The notes: a model not told the origin generated them from the sequence alone. Shown: positions 37,668 to 51,438, numbered from the stretch's first letter. The stretch: DNA of 64,000 nucleotides from Callorhinchus milii (GCF_018977255.1 NW_024704743.1:66342001-66406000); one strand, 5' to 3'. Made by a program: numbers and translations.

Positions 37668-38277
37668 AAATGGAAGCTCCAGGCTAAACAGTTGTGGAAT
37701 TTGAAGTGAATAGGGCAGAACAAACTTCTGATTATTTGTCTCAATGTGTCATATGAAAGAAGTTAAAGTGCAGCGTATTGTAAAGTCAGAAAAACATTTG
37801 ACTTCTGGCTTCTGTTTATATTGTGGATTAGACAATTTTTTCTGCTCCAAATTTATTGTTTTAGAAAGAGATTAATTTTTCCCCTCAGTGATGTTGGAGA
37901 CAGAGACAGCTGAGTGAATCTGTTTGATTTTAGACCAGAGAAAGTCTATCATATCTTCACATTTGGAGTTGGAGTTGAAAATGGAGGAAACAAGGAAGGT
38001 TTGGCAGTAGAAGTGGTTAGTGTTGGAGAAGAGAGGCCTGGGGTTGTTGAGGATAATCCTGGAACAGAAGGTTGATTTAGCTGAGGCAAGGGTGCAATGA
38101 AAGACTTTGCGTGGTCCAGTAATTTCTAGTAATGGACTGAGAGGCCAGATATGAGCTACATACCTTCACTAACACAGTCCTTCGACTTTAGGGAGAGGAG
38201 GTGGCTGTCATAGCAATTGTTTGGTAAGTTGATGGAGAGGGTAAGGTCAACCAGTGCAGAGGGTCAGGGAGACAGGA

Positions 38278-38632
38278 GAAGGTTGCGGATTCAAATCCCA
38301 CATCAGAACACTTCAATGCAATGCTGGGAGAGTGCTACTTTGTGGAAGTTACCATTCTTAGATGATGTTCCATCTTCTTGACCAGGTGGGCATAAAGATC
38401 CCTTGGCACTATTCAAAAATAGAAAGGAATTTCTCTAGGTTTCCTGGACAACAATCCAGAGGTAAAATTGATGATTCACAGCTAGATAGTTTGTAGGACA
38501 TTGCTGTGCATAAATTGGTTGTCATGTTTGCCTATAAATAGACAATCACCGTACTTCACAGTGAAATCTTGTGAAGTGCTTTGAAAAGTTTCAACAAAGT
38601 GATTAGGTGGAATAACAATACAATTATTATTC
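38278..38632 (+). mobile_element. SINE family B, degraded
   Basis: AGAAGGTTG.GG.TTCAA head remnant and core. Confidence 0.75.
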
Positions 38633-39351
38633 TACGTTTTTGATCGATTATATTTTGTAAAGTTCTTAAAGGTGCTTATATTTATTTAACAGGTGCTATT
38701 TAAATGCAAGTTATTTTTATTATAACTATTAACCACCTTGATGTACTCATTGAAAGTGTATTTAAGCGCTCGAGACATCGTGTGTGAAGGACACTATATA
38801 AATGCAAGTTGTTGTTGAAATGCCAATTATTACTTGAATACCATTGACTACGTGAACTGCCCACAAATCCAGGTCATCCAGATGCTGACACTCATGTTGT
38901 GGAAATCAGTTAATCCATCACAGTTGCCTATAATATTTCACATTGTTTGCATAGGTATCACTTGAGGATATTCAAGTAAAGCCACCAAATTTCTGGCCCC
39001 GGATTTCAAAGTGTTGTGTTACCATAGCTGCTGGCTCACAGAGTCATTCATGGACACAGTTCTAGGACTGAAACAAGTACAACATGCATAATGTCACTCT
39101 GCAATTGCAAACCTGCAAGAGGCAAATTATATGAATTAAATCAATCATAACAATGTTTTATCTTTTGTGAGAAGCGTCATTTTGTCTGTGTGCATTAATT
39201 AATACACTACTATGGACCACTACCAGTAATAACAATCCTTACATTTAATATAGCACCTTATCACGTCGTTGAGACGTCTCAAAGCATTTCACAGGATATA
39301 CTGTAAACTGATTTTGACTGTATGTTTTGTGGGTGATAAAAATAGATTACC

Positions 39352-39732
39352 ATAATAATAATAATCCTTACATTTGATATAGCACTTTCACATCTTCTAG
39401 ATGTCTCAAAACGCTTCATAGAATATACTGTCAAATGAATTGACTGTATATTTTTAGGTGAAACGTGGCAGCCAATTGCATCCAGTAGAGCCCCACAAAT
39501 AATTGTGGATTGAGTGACCAAATTTTTTCGTTTTAGAATTTTTTTGAGAGAGATTATTAACCCTAGAGAAGTGATCCGCCAATCGACTAACAACCAGATT
39601 CCTACTTACTGCTAGGTAAACGGAGGCGTGCGGAGTAAGGAAACTTGCCCAACATTTCGCCCTGCCCGGGAACTGAACCCAGGTCTCTCGCTTGTGAGGC
39701 GAGTGCTTTAACCACTGAGCTAAAGGACACCA
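39352..39732 (-). mobile_element. SINE family A, full length
   Basis: Complete head, core and tail. It is preceded by another tail fragment at ~39226-39335. Confidence 0.9.
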
Positions 39733-39788
39733 GTGTAAATAGTACTGTTTACACAAACAGAGCCAATATACTGATCTGTGACATACAG

Positions 39789-40144
39789 TGGTGTCCTGTA
39801 ATGTAATGGTTAGAGCACTCGCCTCACAAGCGAGAAGACCTAGGTTTGATTCCAGACAGGACAAAACCTTAGATAAGATCCTCTGTTTACCTAGCAGTAA
39901 GTAGGAACCAGTTTTTTAATCAATTGGTGGATCGCTTTTCCAGGGGTAATAATCCCTTCAAAAAAAGTAATAATAATTTGATCACTCAATCCACAACTGT
40001 TTGTGGATTGAGTGATCAAATTATTATCTGTTCGCCCACAAAATATACAGTCAATTTACTTTACAGTATATTCTGTGAAGCGCTTTGATACATCTTGAAG
40101 ACATGATCGGATGCTATATCAAATGGAAAGATTATTATTATTAT
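39789..40144 (+). mobile_element. SINE family A with an internal perfect hairpin
   Basis: Head-to-head with the 39352 copy. The core is replaced by a 27-bp inverted repeat. Confidence 0.85.
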
Positions 40145-40172
40145 ACAGCGGCCTCATTTTACCTCCCCATTA

Positions 40173-40390
40173 TAATAATAATAATAATCCTTGCATTTGA
40201 TATAGCGCTTTTCACGTCGGGAGGACGTCCCAAAGCGCTTCACAGAATATACTGTAAAGTGAGTTGACTGTATATTTTGTGGGCGAACGCGGCAGCCAAT
40301 TGCGCACAGCAATGTCCCACAAACAGTCATAGATTGAAAATGACCAATTTAATTATTGTTTTTTTTTTTTTGGAGGGATTATTATTATTA
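40173..40390 (-). mobile_element. 5'-truncated SINE (family A body), young
   Basis: CpG-rich copy with an L2-identical terminal loop. Confidence 0.9.
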
Positions 40391-40811
40391 TATATTATAT
40401 ATCATTATAGTCTAAGGAGCCTCTACTGCTTCCATCCTTGACTCCCTGGATCAACTGCTATCTGACATGAAACCCTGGCTGATCCTTAATTTCCTTCAAT
40501 TGAAATTTGACAAAGCTGCAGCCTTCCAGCCCAGGATTCATAAACTTTGTCTCTTGCCAACCTGTGACTCAACTCTCCAGGTTTAAGTATCTCCAAGCAT
40601 ATCTTTCCAATGAGAGAGTACATACTCCATATGAATTGAATGGAAACTGACTGACCCAGATGGAAGTCATTTGTTTTGGAGAATCTCAAGCATGGGTTAG
40701 CCACTGAGCTGTTGAAACCTTACAAATATAGAACATATCTTTATTCACTGTGCTGCTCCATGTCTCCAAGTGTAACTTTGTATGGCTATACAATTTTAAA
40801 CAACGTTGTAT

Positions 40812-41105
40812 TGTTCCCTCCCTTCGTTTAGCGGGCTTCGGTCTGCTCCATGTCTCCCGCCCGACCCGCCCTACCATCGGTGGCCAGGCTTTCAGCCTCT
40901 CTGTCCCCACACTCTGGAACTCCATCCCACGGTCCCGTCGCCTCGCTTTCTCCCTTGCTTCCTTCAAAGCCGGTCTCAAGACCCTTCTCTTCGACTGTGC
41001 CTTCAGTTGCCCTCCCACCTCTCTGCCATCCCTCCTCCCATGCTTTGGGACGTCCTCCCGATGTGAAAAGCGCTCTATAAGTGTAATTTTGTCGGTGTTG
41101 TTGTT
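40812..41105 (+). mobile_element. L2-clade LINE 3' fragment
   Basis: PTIGGQAFS...LWNSIP...SFKAGLKTLLF plus tail. Confidence 0.9.
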
Positions 41106-41349
41106 AGCTTCCTATTGTAGACTGAGAACTGCAAGAAGTTTTAACTGGAGGGATTTCCTCAATGCAGGGTGACTATCCTCCTTGGGGTGAAGAGCCATAC
41201 AGTATATAGAATAATAATAATTCCTGCATTTCATGTAGCATCTTATCACATCATCAAAACATTTCTAAGCAATTTCTGACTTAAAAGAACATCCAAAAGA
41301 CATAGATATGTCAGGATCTCTCCAATCAGCTGGATACAAGTACCACATT

Positions 41350-41440
41350 CAACAACAACAACAAAATGACATTTATGGAGCGCCTTTCACATCGGGAGAA
41401 CGTCCCAAAGCGCTGAACAGTCAGATGTCGGGGTCCGAAC
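41350..41440 (-). mobile_element. L2 3' tail only
   Basis: (CAA)n plus the terminal stem-loop. Confidence 0.8.
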
Positions 41441-42809
41441 AGCATAAGACATTAGTATTTACAATTAACGTATTGTTTTTACTTAACTCTCCAGATTACA
41501 GCAGAAATCTTCATTTACACTGATGTTGTTTTTGTAATTTTGAACCCATAAATGGTCTTACAGGCTAAGACTTGGGGAAATTTCAGGGCTTAGGTTTTAC
41601 CATCTCTAGAGGCTTTTAATAGAAATGGAATTAAATGGCACTGAAAGTCAAAGGGTTTATTAAAAGTTTATCAATGCTGTAAATTGTTAACCCAACTGCA
41701 ATCCACAGGCCTTACATTGTACTCAATAGACTCTAAACAGCTGAGAAAACATCAATAATCCAAACTGCATGGATCAAAATGCAGTGTGACAACTCGTAGA
41801 TAGTCCGATGAAATATGTTGGTTGTAAGCTGTATTTGAAGACTGAACCTCAAACTTATTGCTTACAGGCTTCCTGGCTCTTCTCTTCAAAGTCGTTTCAG
41901 AGCCTCCTGCAGGGTGTATAATAGCCTTTCACTAAAACTCAGTTCAAAGGTGGGCTGTAAAACAAAGCTGTGCGTGGGTTTATTTCTTGCAAAGCTGGTG
42001 CTTTAGGGCACCTATTTCTGTTCTCCTCCAAATAACAGCCAATATGTCTGGAATTTTTTTTGTCTTTTGTAAAATCGAATCAGAGTTCAAAATTAATTAT
42101 GATCTTAGCATTAAGACCATTGTCTTAAAAAAAAGATTATGCAGAATTTTGGAAAAATCTCAGGCTCAGCCATAATTTAGAAGCCTGTTTATCTTATATA
42201 AATCTAAAACCATGAATAATATCAGGTCTATTTTTGCTTTTCAAGATGAGCGATGTCAATGTTGAAAAGTGGAACATATTTGCATTATTCCCAATACAAA
42301 TGCAATCCACCAAAAGCTGTAAATTAGGCTATAAGAGAAGAAGAATACACGCTCGCTGCCGAGTTCAGTAAATTTACTGTTTTACAGAGAATCACAGCCC
42401 CTCTTAGTGTCAGCATCAAGAATTTCCAGGAAAGGTATATCACTCTGCTATATCTTGTTGTTACTGACTTTGGCCCAAGGAGTCTTGAAGCCTTTGATTT
42501 GGTGTCATGCATAAATGGTTTCCTACAGAAAACACATTTTATACCACAAGTGTTTTTGTTTCCAGCAGTTATACATTTCAAGCACTTTTTCAAACCTACT
42601 GTCTCTGTCTCAATTTAAATACTTTAAAAGAGTACCCTCCCTTTCCAGACCAGTATGATTTTTTTTCCAAATTCCACACCAGTCATCCTGTTGCTTCTTT
42701 TCGTGAATTTGTCTTTAGTGCCATATTTATATATAACAATACTTGCACCTAGCACCGAGCATCAAAACATCTCAAAGTGCTTCACAGTTAATTGATGAAA
42801 AGATTTTTT

Positions 42810-42940
42810 AGGTCAGCCGGGTGTCTGAAACACGTGAAAGCCCAATCCATCACCATGCTTAAGGAGACACAAACCAAACCGATGGATATTTCCCTGTGAT
42901 TAGAATGGAGTGTGGATTTTCTCGAGGGATGGTGCACCTA
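42810..42940 (+). repeat. Dispersed repeat family C (partial)
   Basis: GGTCAGCCGGGTGTCTGAAACACGTG...ATCACCATGCTTAAG...AAACCAAAC. Confidence 0.6.
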
Positions 42941-43098
42941 TTTTTTGTTTCTCCCACATAATACAGTCAATTTACTTTATAGTACATCCTTTAAAGTGCT
43001 TTCAAGTGTCTCAATGATGTGATAAGGTGCGAGAGTGGGAAGAATGCCTGCTTTCAGAGTCTGCTCCTCCAATTCCTGCCGATGAGCCAGGCTGGGTA

Positions 43099-43283
43099 AA
43101 TAATAATATTCCTTGCATTTGATATAGCGCTTTTCACGCCTTCGAGACGTCTCGAAGCGCTTCACAGAATATACTGTAAAGTGAATTGACTGTATATTTT
43201 GTGGGCGAAACGCAGCAGCCAATTGCTCACAGCAGTGTCCCTCAAACAGTAGTGGATTGAGTAACCAAATTATCATTGTATTT
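43099..43283 (-). mobile_element. 5'-truncated SINE (family A body)
   Basis: Core and tail in reverse complement. Confidence 0.85.
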
Positions 43284-46200
43284 TGATAATGTGTCATCAG
43301 CAGTGCCCTGGAAGACTGAAGGCTTGCCTGTCTCAGGAAACAGACCACCAAGACTATCCCCAGAGAGTTGACTCAATTCTAACATTTTCACCTATATATT
43401 TTGCACGCGAACCAGGCAGTCACTTTGGACACAGTATTGTTCCCCCAAATAGCCATGAAAAATGACAGACCAATTTTATCTGGGTCAGTTTGGGACAGTT
43501 TTGTGCTATGATTTGAGGCTAGCTGGGAATTGAATTGACTTCATTCAAACTCATTTCCTTGCAGGCCACAGAGGAAATTATCATCCCATCAGGGGATTCA
43601 TACCGAGGTCCCAGAGGTGAAGAAACATTGCGATGGTCATTCCCCCTAATGATTATTTTCAAATGTGAGTTCTGCCTATTTCCCTTTTCTTTAATCAGTA
43701 TTTCAATCACTTCTCATTTCAAAAATGAAGCAGGTGGAAAATAATGGACCTCCAAGAATCCCTTGAGACACCCATTAACGCAGTACCCTGTTTCAATTGT
43801 AGGTATTTAGCAGAGAGTTTTAGAAGAGTAAAAATTGCTGTAAGAAAGAAATAATAGTTGAGCTTTCAAGCCCTTCTGGCAAACCTTTCATTGTGTTTTC
43901 TGTTCACTTCAGCAGTTCTCTCCTCACTGTTTTTTCTGATTTCCACACTTTTAGTAGAAGTTTCAGGTTCATAATTGCCCATTATTGATCCTCCTCTTTC
44001 AATAGTCTTTATTTCATCTCTGATTACATAGTCCAACGTCACTTTATTGAGCATTTTAATACACATTGGTGTCCCTCCCAGTTTGTATATTGGAATATGC
44101 TGTGTTGGTAATCCTTCTTTTTGGAACTGTGTTACTTAATCTGGTTCCCAGACAGTCCCACTTCAGGGATATTTTATCTGTCATCAGTGTTTGAATTCAT
44201 TTTTACTAACTACAGACTGAAATTTTTTCTGTATACATTTCCACTGGATTTAACTGGTGTAGTGTACTTTTAACTATACTGCCAGGGATCAATGGGGTCA
44301 ACTTGTTCCAGGTTCTTGGAACAAACAAATCATGTGATTCCCCCCCATCTATACCTGCCATATGAATGTCTGCACATTTCAGAAATTGGAAGCTATACAT
44401 GTCTAACTGAATTATCAGTCTTGCAACTTGTTTTTACAGTTCAATAAAGATATCCCAGCTTCAAAGTAAAAACAACGTAGCCTGTGAATGTAACCGCAAT
44501 GAAATACCAGAGACAAGGTGCAGCCAAAACAACATTGTACAAAAGTGTTCTGGGAGCTGCCCCAATTACTTAACTGCATAAATGTCTGTCTGTCATGGAG
44601 GCCAAATACAAAGGCTTACTTGGAGCCACGTACCTTAAATATTAGCCAAATAATTTGCACATGCACTTTACAACTTCACACAAGAAAAATACTGTACAGC
44701 ATAAAGGCAAGTTCTGGCATAAACATGTATAACATAAGGATCTGATGGAAGTCTGGTGATAAATGAATGTGGGGAAATTAATTCCTTAGTCTGTATCAGT
44801 TTAGATGTTTACAGATCATTTATTTTTGACATCTAAACCAATTATTCTCAGAAGCAATCATCACAGTAAACCTTAATTCAGTAAAATAGGAGAAAGTCTG
44901 TAGTTTGAATCATAAATTTATGTTAAGATCCTTGCTTCAGCCTAACTTCCTTTGAAAATGAACATTATGAGTAATTATCTGATGGTTGGTAAATTTATTG
45001 ACCTTAGCGAGCAGTTCCGTGTTATTCTCAGCTGGATGATTACATTTACCAACCTTGGCAATCTGAATTTATCATAGGAAACATTTTACTTTACAAGCTT
45101 TGTTGTTTAGTAGTTGCAGGCAAATTCATTTGTTTGGAGTGGGGGCCCTACAAACTTGTCCTCCCCAAATAATTATCTACTTCTCTCTTAAAAGTTATTA
45201 TCAAATTGGCTTCCACCACCATTTCAGGCAATGCATTCCAGATCCAAAAACTCACTGTGGGAAAAAATTCTCCTCACCTCCCCTCTGTTTCTTTTAACAA
45301 CTATTTTAAATTGGTGTATGCGGTTTATTGACCCGCCCACCAGTGAAAATAGTTTCTTCTTTTTCACCCTATCAAATCCACTCATAATTTTGAAAACTTC
45401 TATTAAGCCTCCTCTTAAATTTCTCCACTCCAAGGAGAATAATCATAGATTCTCTAATCTCTCCTGATAACTGAAGTCCCTCATTCCTGGTACCATCCTG
45501 GTAAATCTCCTTTGCACCCTCTTCAATGCCTTGACATCCTTCCTAAAGTTTGGTGCCCAGAACTGTACACAGTACTCGAGCTGAGGCCTAACCCTTGCTT
45601 TATAAAGGTTCATCATAACTTCCTGACTTTTGTATTCTATTTATAACGCCTAGTATCCGGTATTTTTTTTAAACAGCTTTATCTACCTGTCCTGCCACCT
45701 TCAAAGATTAATTTATATGAACCCAAAGGTCTCTCGGTTCCTTCACCTTTAAGATTCTACCATTTAACTTGTATTGTCTCTCTTCACTCTTCCTCCCAAA
45801 ATGAATCAATTCGCATTTCTCCACATTAAACTTCATCTGCCACATGTCTGCCCATTTTACCAGTCTGTCTATGTCCTCTTGCAGTCTCCTCCTCACTGTT
45901 TACTACATATCCTAGCTTAGTATCATCTGCAAACTTGGAAATTGTACTCCCTATACTCAAGTTCAGGTCATCAAAATAGATCAAAAACAGCAGTGGTCCC
46001 AATACTGACCCCTGGGGGACACCACTGCACACTTCCCTCCACTCAGAAAAACAACTGTTCACTACGACTCTCTGCTTTCTGTCTCCCATCCAGTTCTGTA
46101 TCCGCTGCCACTGTTTAATACCGTGGGCTTCTATTGTGCTTACAAGTCTCTTATGTGGCAATTTATCAAATGCCTTTTGAAAATCCATATGAAATACATC

Positions 46201-47115
46201 AACTGCACTACCTTCATGCACTCTTTCTATTACTTCATTAAAAAAAACTCTATCAGGTTTGTTAGAGACAATTTGCCTTTAACAAATCAATTTTGGCTGT
46301 CCTTTGTTAACCCATATTTTTCTAATTGAAAATGTATTTTGTCCCGGATTATCGTCTCTAGAAGTTTCCCACTACTGACGTTAGTTAGGCCTGTAGTTTC
46401 AGGTTTATCCTTCTGCCCCTTTTTGTTCAGGGGTTAACATTTGCAATCCTCCAGTCCTCTGGCACCACGCCAGTGTCCTTGGAGGAATGAAAGATTGTGG
46501 CCAGAGCCTCTATTATTTCCACCCTTCCTTCCCTCAGTAATCTAGAATGCATCCCGTCTGGTCAGATGACTTATCTACCTTAGGTCACTGTCAAACTTTT
46601 TAGTACTTCCTCTCAGTTTCTGTACTCTCTCCTCCAATACTATGGCATTGACTGCATCCTCTTCTTTTGTGAAGACAGATACAAAGTACTCATTCAGTAC
46701 GTCAACCATGCCCTCTGCCGCCACAAAAAGATTTCCTCTTTGGTCTCTAATTGGGCCCACACTACCTTTGACTAACTTTTATTCTTTATATGCTTATAAA
46801 ATATCTTAGGGTTCCCTTTTATGTTACTGCTAATCTTTTCTCATACAATCTTTTTGCCCCTCTTATTTCCTTTTTCAGTTCTCCTCTGTACTTTCTATAT
46901 TCTATTTGATTATCTTCTGTATTTTGGACGTAACATTTATCATAAGCTTCCTTTTACTGTTTTATTTTAATCCCAATTTCTTTATTCAGCTAGGAAAGTT
47001 TGGATGACCTACATTTCCCCTTTGTGGGAATATATTTGTTGTGTCCCTGAACTATCTCCTCCTTGAAGGCTTCCCATTGTTCATTAGCTGTTTTATCTGC
47101 CAATCTTTCTTTCCA

Positions 47116-47361
47116 CAAAACGCAAAATACTGTAGAAGCTACAAATCTGAAACAAAACCAGAAGTCGCTGGGAACACTCAGCAGGGCAGAATAGCATCTA
47201 TGGAGGAAGGAAAGTGAGTCAATGTTTCTGGGTCCACGAACCTTCATCAGAATGCAAGGGTTCTGAGGAAGGGTCGTTGACCTGAAACATTGACTTACTT
47301 TCCTTTCTCCATAGATGCTGCCTGACCTGCTGAGTGTTCCCAGTCATTTCTGTTTTTGTTT
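47116..47361. mobile_element. Penelope-like fold-back insertion with hammerhead motifs, nested in a CR1 LINE
   Basis: Same family as 19202-19552. Inverted arms (~47149-47252 and ~47261-47361). Exact 15-bp TSD CAATCTTTCTTTCCA at 47101-47115 and 47362-47376. Confidence 0.75.
47260..47295 (+). ncRNA. Minimal hammerhead ribozyme motif
   Basis: GUU-CUGAGGA-A-GGGUC-GUU-GACCU-GAAAC-AUU-GACU. A mirror copy (CUGAUGA...GAAAC) lies on the minus strand at ~47218-47252. Confidence 0.55.
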
Positions 47362-47679
47362 CAATCTTTCTTTCCAGTCCACCTTAGCTAGGTCCCTTTT
47401 TAGCTAATTGAAATTAGCCCTTTTCCAGTTGAATATCTTCACCTTTGATTATTCCTTGTCCCTTTCCATAAGTACTCTAAACCTAATGATATTGTGATCA
47501 CTGTTGTCCAGATGCTCTCCTGCTGAAACCTGCTCCACTTGCCCCACTTCATTCTCCAAAATCATCCAGCACTGCATCCTTCCTCATTGGGCTGGAAACA
47601 TATTGATACAGAAAGCTATCTTGCACATATTCCTTCCCCTTCCTTGCGCTTTACATTGTCTATATTAGGATACCTTGGT

Positions 47680-48050
47680 CTGGGAGTCATCCTACTCAGC
47701 TCCTGTTAACCTTGTAAGCCACTCACTGGTAGGATGATCCTAGCTGGACAAGTAGCGAGAAAGCTTGCCAGACTGTGACATCAATGGCAAGCTATGCGGA
47801 TTTAGCTGGTTGGACTCCAGCTGTACTCCCCGTGGCTTTTGCCAACCTGTGCCTAATACATTCCGGAATTAGGTAAGCAAGAAGTGTTCCTGCAGGGATT
47901 CTATTCTATTCCAACAATCTGTCTCTGGAATTTCCATATGTAGGTGGGATGCATGGTTGGTTTGGAGATCTTAAACAAACTCAGTTTGTTTTTGATACTC
48001 TTAAGCATGGTGATTGGTTTCCACATGTGTCAGACACCCAGCTGACCAAA
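47680..48050 (-). repeat. Dispersed repeat family C
   Basis: Reverse-complement homolog of 23020-23365. Confidence 0.65.
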
Positions 48051-48134
48051 ATAAGCAACAAAAAACTCTTCCTTTGCACACAGATCAAGAATACTTTTCT
48101 ATTTTTACTCTAGAATAATGAAATAATGGATATC

Positions 48135-48436
48135 TCATCCTTTGGATGAAACATTAAACTAAAATCACATCTGCCTGTTCAGGTGGGAATTAAATATCCC
48201 ACATCACTATTCAAAAAGAGATTGGCATTGCTCCTAATGTCCAGACTAGTAATCCCTAGATAAAAAATGGTCATTCATTTTATGGCTGTTTGTGGGATAC
48301 TGCTGTGTGCAAATTGGCTGCCACATTCACCTACAAATGTACAGTCACTAAAATTTACAGTAAAATATCAGGAAATGCTTTGAAACATTGCAAAGATGTG
48401 ATACAGCTCTATAGCAAATGCAAGGATTATTATTAT
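48135..48436 (+). mobile_element. SINE family B 3' part
   Basis: Body, core and tail. Confidence 0.8.
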
Positions 48437-49109
48437 AAAAGCTTCTTTCAATGCAATAGAAATTTATATTTACCTTACATATTGGAAGTTTGTACAATTT
48501 GCTTAGCATATCCCATCAATGCTTTGCACAACAGCACTGAAACAATATGTGCACTCTGTAGGCAACAACAACAATGGTGTTATTTTGGCCAGCTTTAGGC
48601 CAAAAAGGCCAAACAGGGAAGCATTATGAAACTTTTAGGGAGAAGGGGAAGACTACCATTGGGCTGAACACAAACTATACAGATAGAGATACAAACAAAG
48701 AGATGAGGCGAGCCTAGAGAGAACGAAAAAAGGATGTAGTACTAAATGCATAATATGGTGCAAAATAATTCTTCCGATAAGAAGCTCGGAAAACAAAGAT
48801 GAACAAGAGATTGTAAACATACTTAATGACTACTTGCTCAAGGTTTTTTTTTCCCCAGAAGGACACTTAAAACATGCTGCCCAACAGACATTGTTTGAGC
48901 TCCAGTGCTTTGACATTAGCAAGTCTGAGATTCTAGAAAGGATGAAAATGCTGATAAACAACAAATCCCCTGGGGCGGATTAACTTTATTCCGAAGTACT
49001 TAGAGAGACAGGCAGGAGATTTGTGCAGAACTGACAAACATTACGAGGGGGTTAATTACCACTAGTGAGGTTCTAACAGAATGGAAGTGTGAGAGCATTC
49101 GGACAAACA

Positions 49110-49428
49110 TTGTCAAGGCATCTCAAAGTGTGCATACACAGCAGCCAATTTGCACACAATCAGCCACAAAGTGAATAATTTTATTTGAGGGATTGTTGGC
49201 CTGGAGAAACTCACCTCTCTTTTGGTATAGTGGCACAGGCTCTTTAAAATCCATCTGTAAAGGCAACCTTGGTTTAATGTCTCACCTGAATTACAGTACT
49301 TCCAACAATGCAGCAATCCCCCCAGCATCTCATCGTGTCAGCCTAGACTGTGAGTTCAAAATCCCCAACACAGGGTTTGAACCCCCAACCTTCCTAAGTA
49401 AGAGTGCTGCCAACTGAAGAAGGCTGTA
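49110..49428 (-). mobile_element. SINE family B
   Basis: Reverse-complement head and core. Confidence 0.75.
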
Positions 49429-51124
49429 CCTACTTGATGAAGTAGGTGAGATGAAGTTGAGAAGTTGAAGTATTCATGGAAATATAGAAAAAATAGGGAA
49501 ATGGGATCAGAAAAATAATAGTTGCCATTAGTAATAAAATATCTTGATACTCTTCATCCTATGTTCCTAACACAGATAAACACCCCAACTTTTCTTAAAC
49601 TTTTCTAAAGTTCAAATAAGTTTATTTTTAACCTGAATTCCTGTGTCTCATACAACCTCCCATTTTAGTGAACTCTGAGCAACTTTGGAACAGTTGTTGT
49701 CTGGCCAAGGCAGGGTCCAAAAGCTGAATTTTAGGCAGGAATTTCTTTATTACTGGCGTGATGTGAGAAAAGAAAAATGTTCAAACTGTTAAAGTTGAAA
49801 TATTATGTCAACAGACGTTTAAATGTTTTATAATAAGAAAGGTCAAACTCTTTATTTCGTAGTATTTCTAAAGTGAGTTTCACATAAAATATGTGATGAT
49901 AGGGTCAATTACATTGGACTTGGGAGGAGACATGTGGCTCAGACATAGAGTTGGAATGTAATTTAACACAAAGAGAAATTCTAAGGGGCTAAGAGAGACA
50001 GACACACACAGCCAGATGTAAAACAGTGTACTTTGTCACAAAACTAAATGCCAGATTATCCAAAAAATCTATAACATTTTCATTCATTTCCAAACAAAAC
50101 ATGCTTATTTTGCAATGCACACTTTGGCCATTGTAAAAGGTCATGTCACAAGCTATTCAGAAAGAGCCTACAAAATAAAATCCAATTTGTTGTGAAACCT
50201 ATGGCATTATTATAATATTATAAATTTCCTTTTGATTTTACATTACACGCCAAAACATAAATGTCATATAATGTTTCGGTGTTTATTTTTCAGCTTCAAC
50301 AGTAGTGAAGCTGATTGCCCTTCATGGCTAAAGAATGTGCTAACTCTACAGAGAGAAATAATTGGAAATATTTCCTTTGGTCAGCAAATCATCGGTTTTG
50401 AATAGATAGCTGCATAAGATACTTCATTTTAAAAGAGCTCAGTTTAGCTGATAGCGATTTTGACAAGCTACAAGCTTGCTGTTATCAACACACTCAGATT
50501 TGTGAACCATAGAACCATAAGACTTTATGATAGAGTCAGAGGTCACTCAACTCTTTATGTTGTATTTGTGTCGATATTTGCTTTGCCAACAAAATCGTCT
50601 ATCTTAATCCTAATTCCATGCTTTTTCCTCCCACCTTCTGTGCTGATCTATTTCCTTTTAAATGCTCCCAATTGATTGTTACAGGTGTCTTGTAATTAAT
50701 TTGACATATTTTTCTTTTCTCAAATCAGTTGAGTTCAGATACCTAGATGTCATACACAAGCTATATACTGTAACGCTTTGATAAGGCTGCACTGAGAATA
50801 CTGCATACAGTTCTTGTTGCTACCATATAAAAGGGCTGCACAGGCCCCAGACGTAATCCAGAGGAGAGAAACAGAGGCGAACATTATAGAGCTAAAGAGC
50901 TGCTCAGGACATGAAACTAGTTCCAATGTAAATTAAGTGAGTCAAGGAATTTTAGTTGTTAAGAAACTTAGTTTAGTTAAGAAATGTAGTGACATAGGCC
51001 TGATAAAGAAATACAAGTTTTGTACTAAGCCCTGTCAATTTAATAATAACTCTTTAATTATCCTTGTCTAACCGTCTTAAATTGCTTTACAAGATTTACC
51101 ATAGAGTGTTGTGACATCATATTT

Positions 51125-51438
51125 ATAGGCAGCTACAATGTCCCACAAACTGCAATGAAATGAATGACCAATTTTATTCAGGTTTTAATGGCTAGGACAC
51201 CAGGAGAAACTCCTGTTTCTTTTCAAGTCATGCAAAGAGATCTTTAACATCCACCTGAACAGGTATATGGGACCTTGCTTTTTCTCATATGAAGGATGCC
51301 TCCTCCAACAATGTAGCACTCCCCCACCACTGCACTGTAGTATCAGCCTAATATTAGCTCAAAATCCTGATGTAGGGCTCAAAATTCCAACATTTTGAAT
51401 GAGAGGCTAGATTGCTGCCAACTGAGACAGACCTGATA
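51125..51438 (-). mobile_element. SINE family B
   Basis: Reverse-complement head and body. Confidence 0.7.

Larger units (their letters stand above)
45155..47668 (-). mobile_element. CR1-clade LINE ORF2 (RT) fragment, pseudogenised
   Basis: [56 protein letters not shown] and LRGGLIEVFKIM.G.D motifs with frameshifts. Confidence 0.92.
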
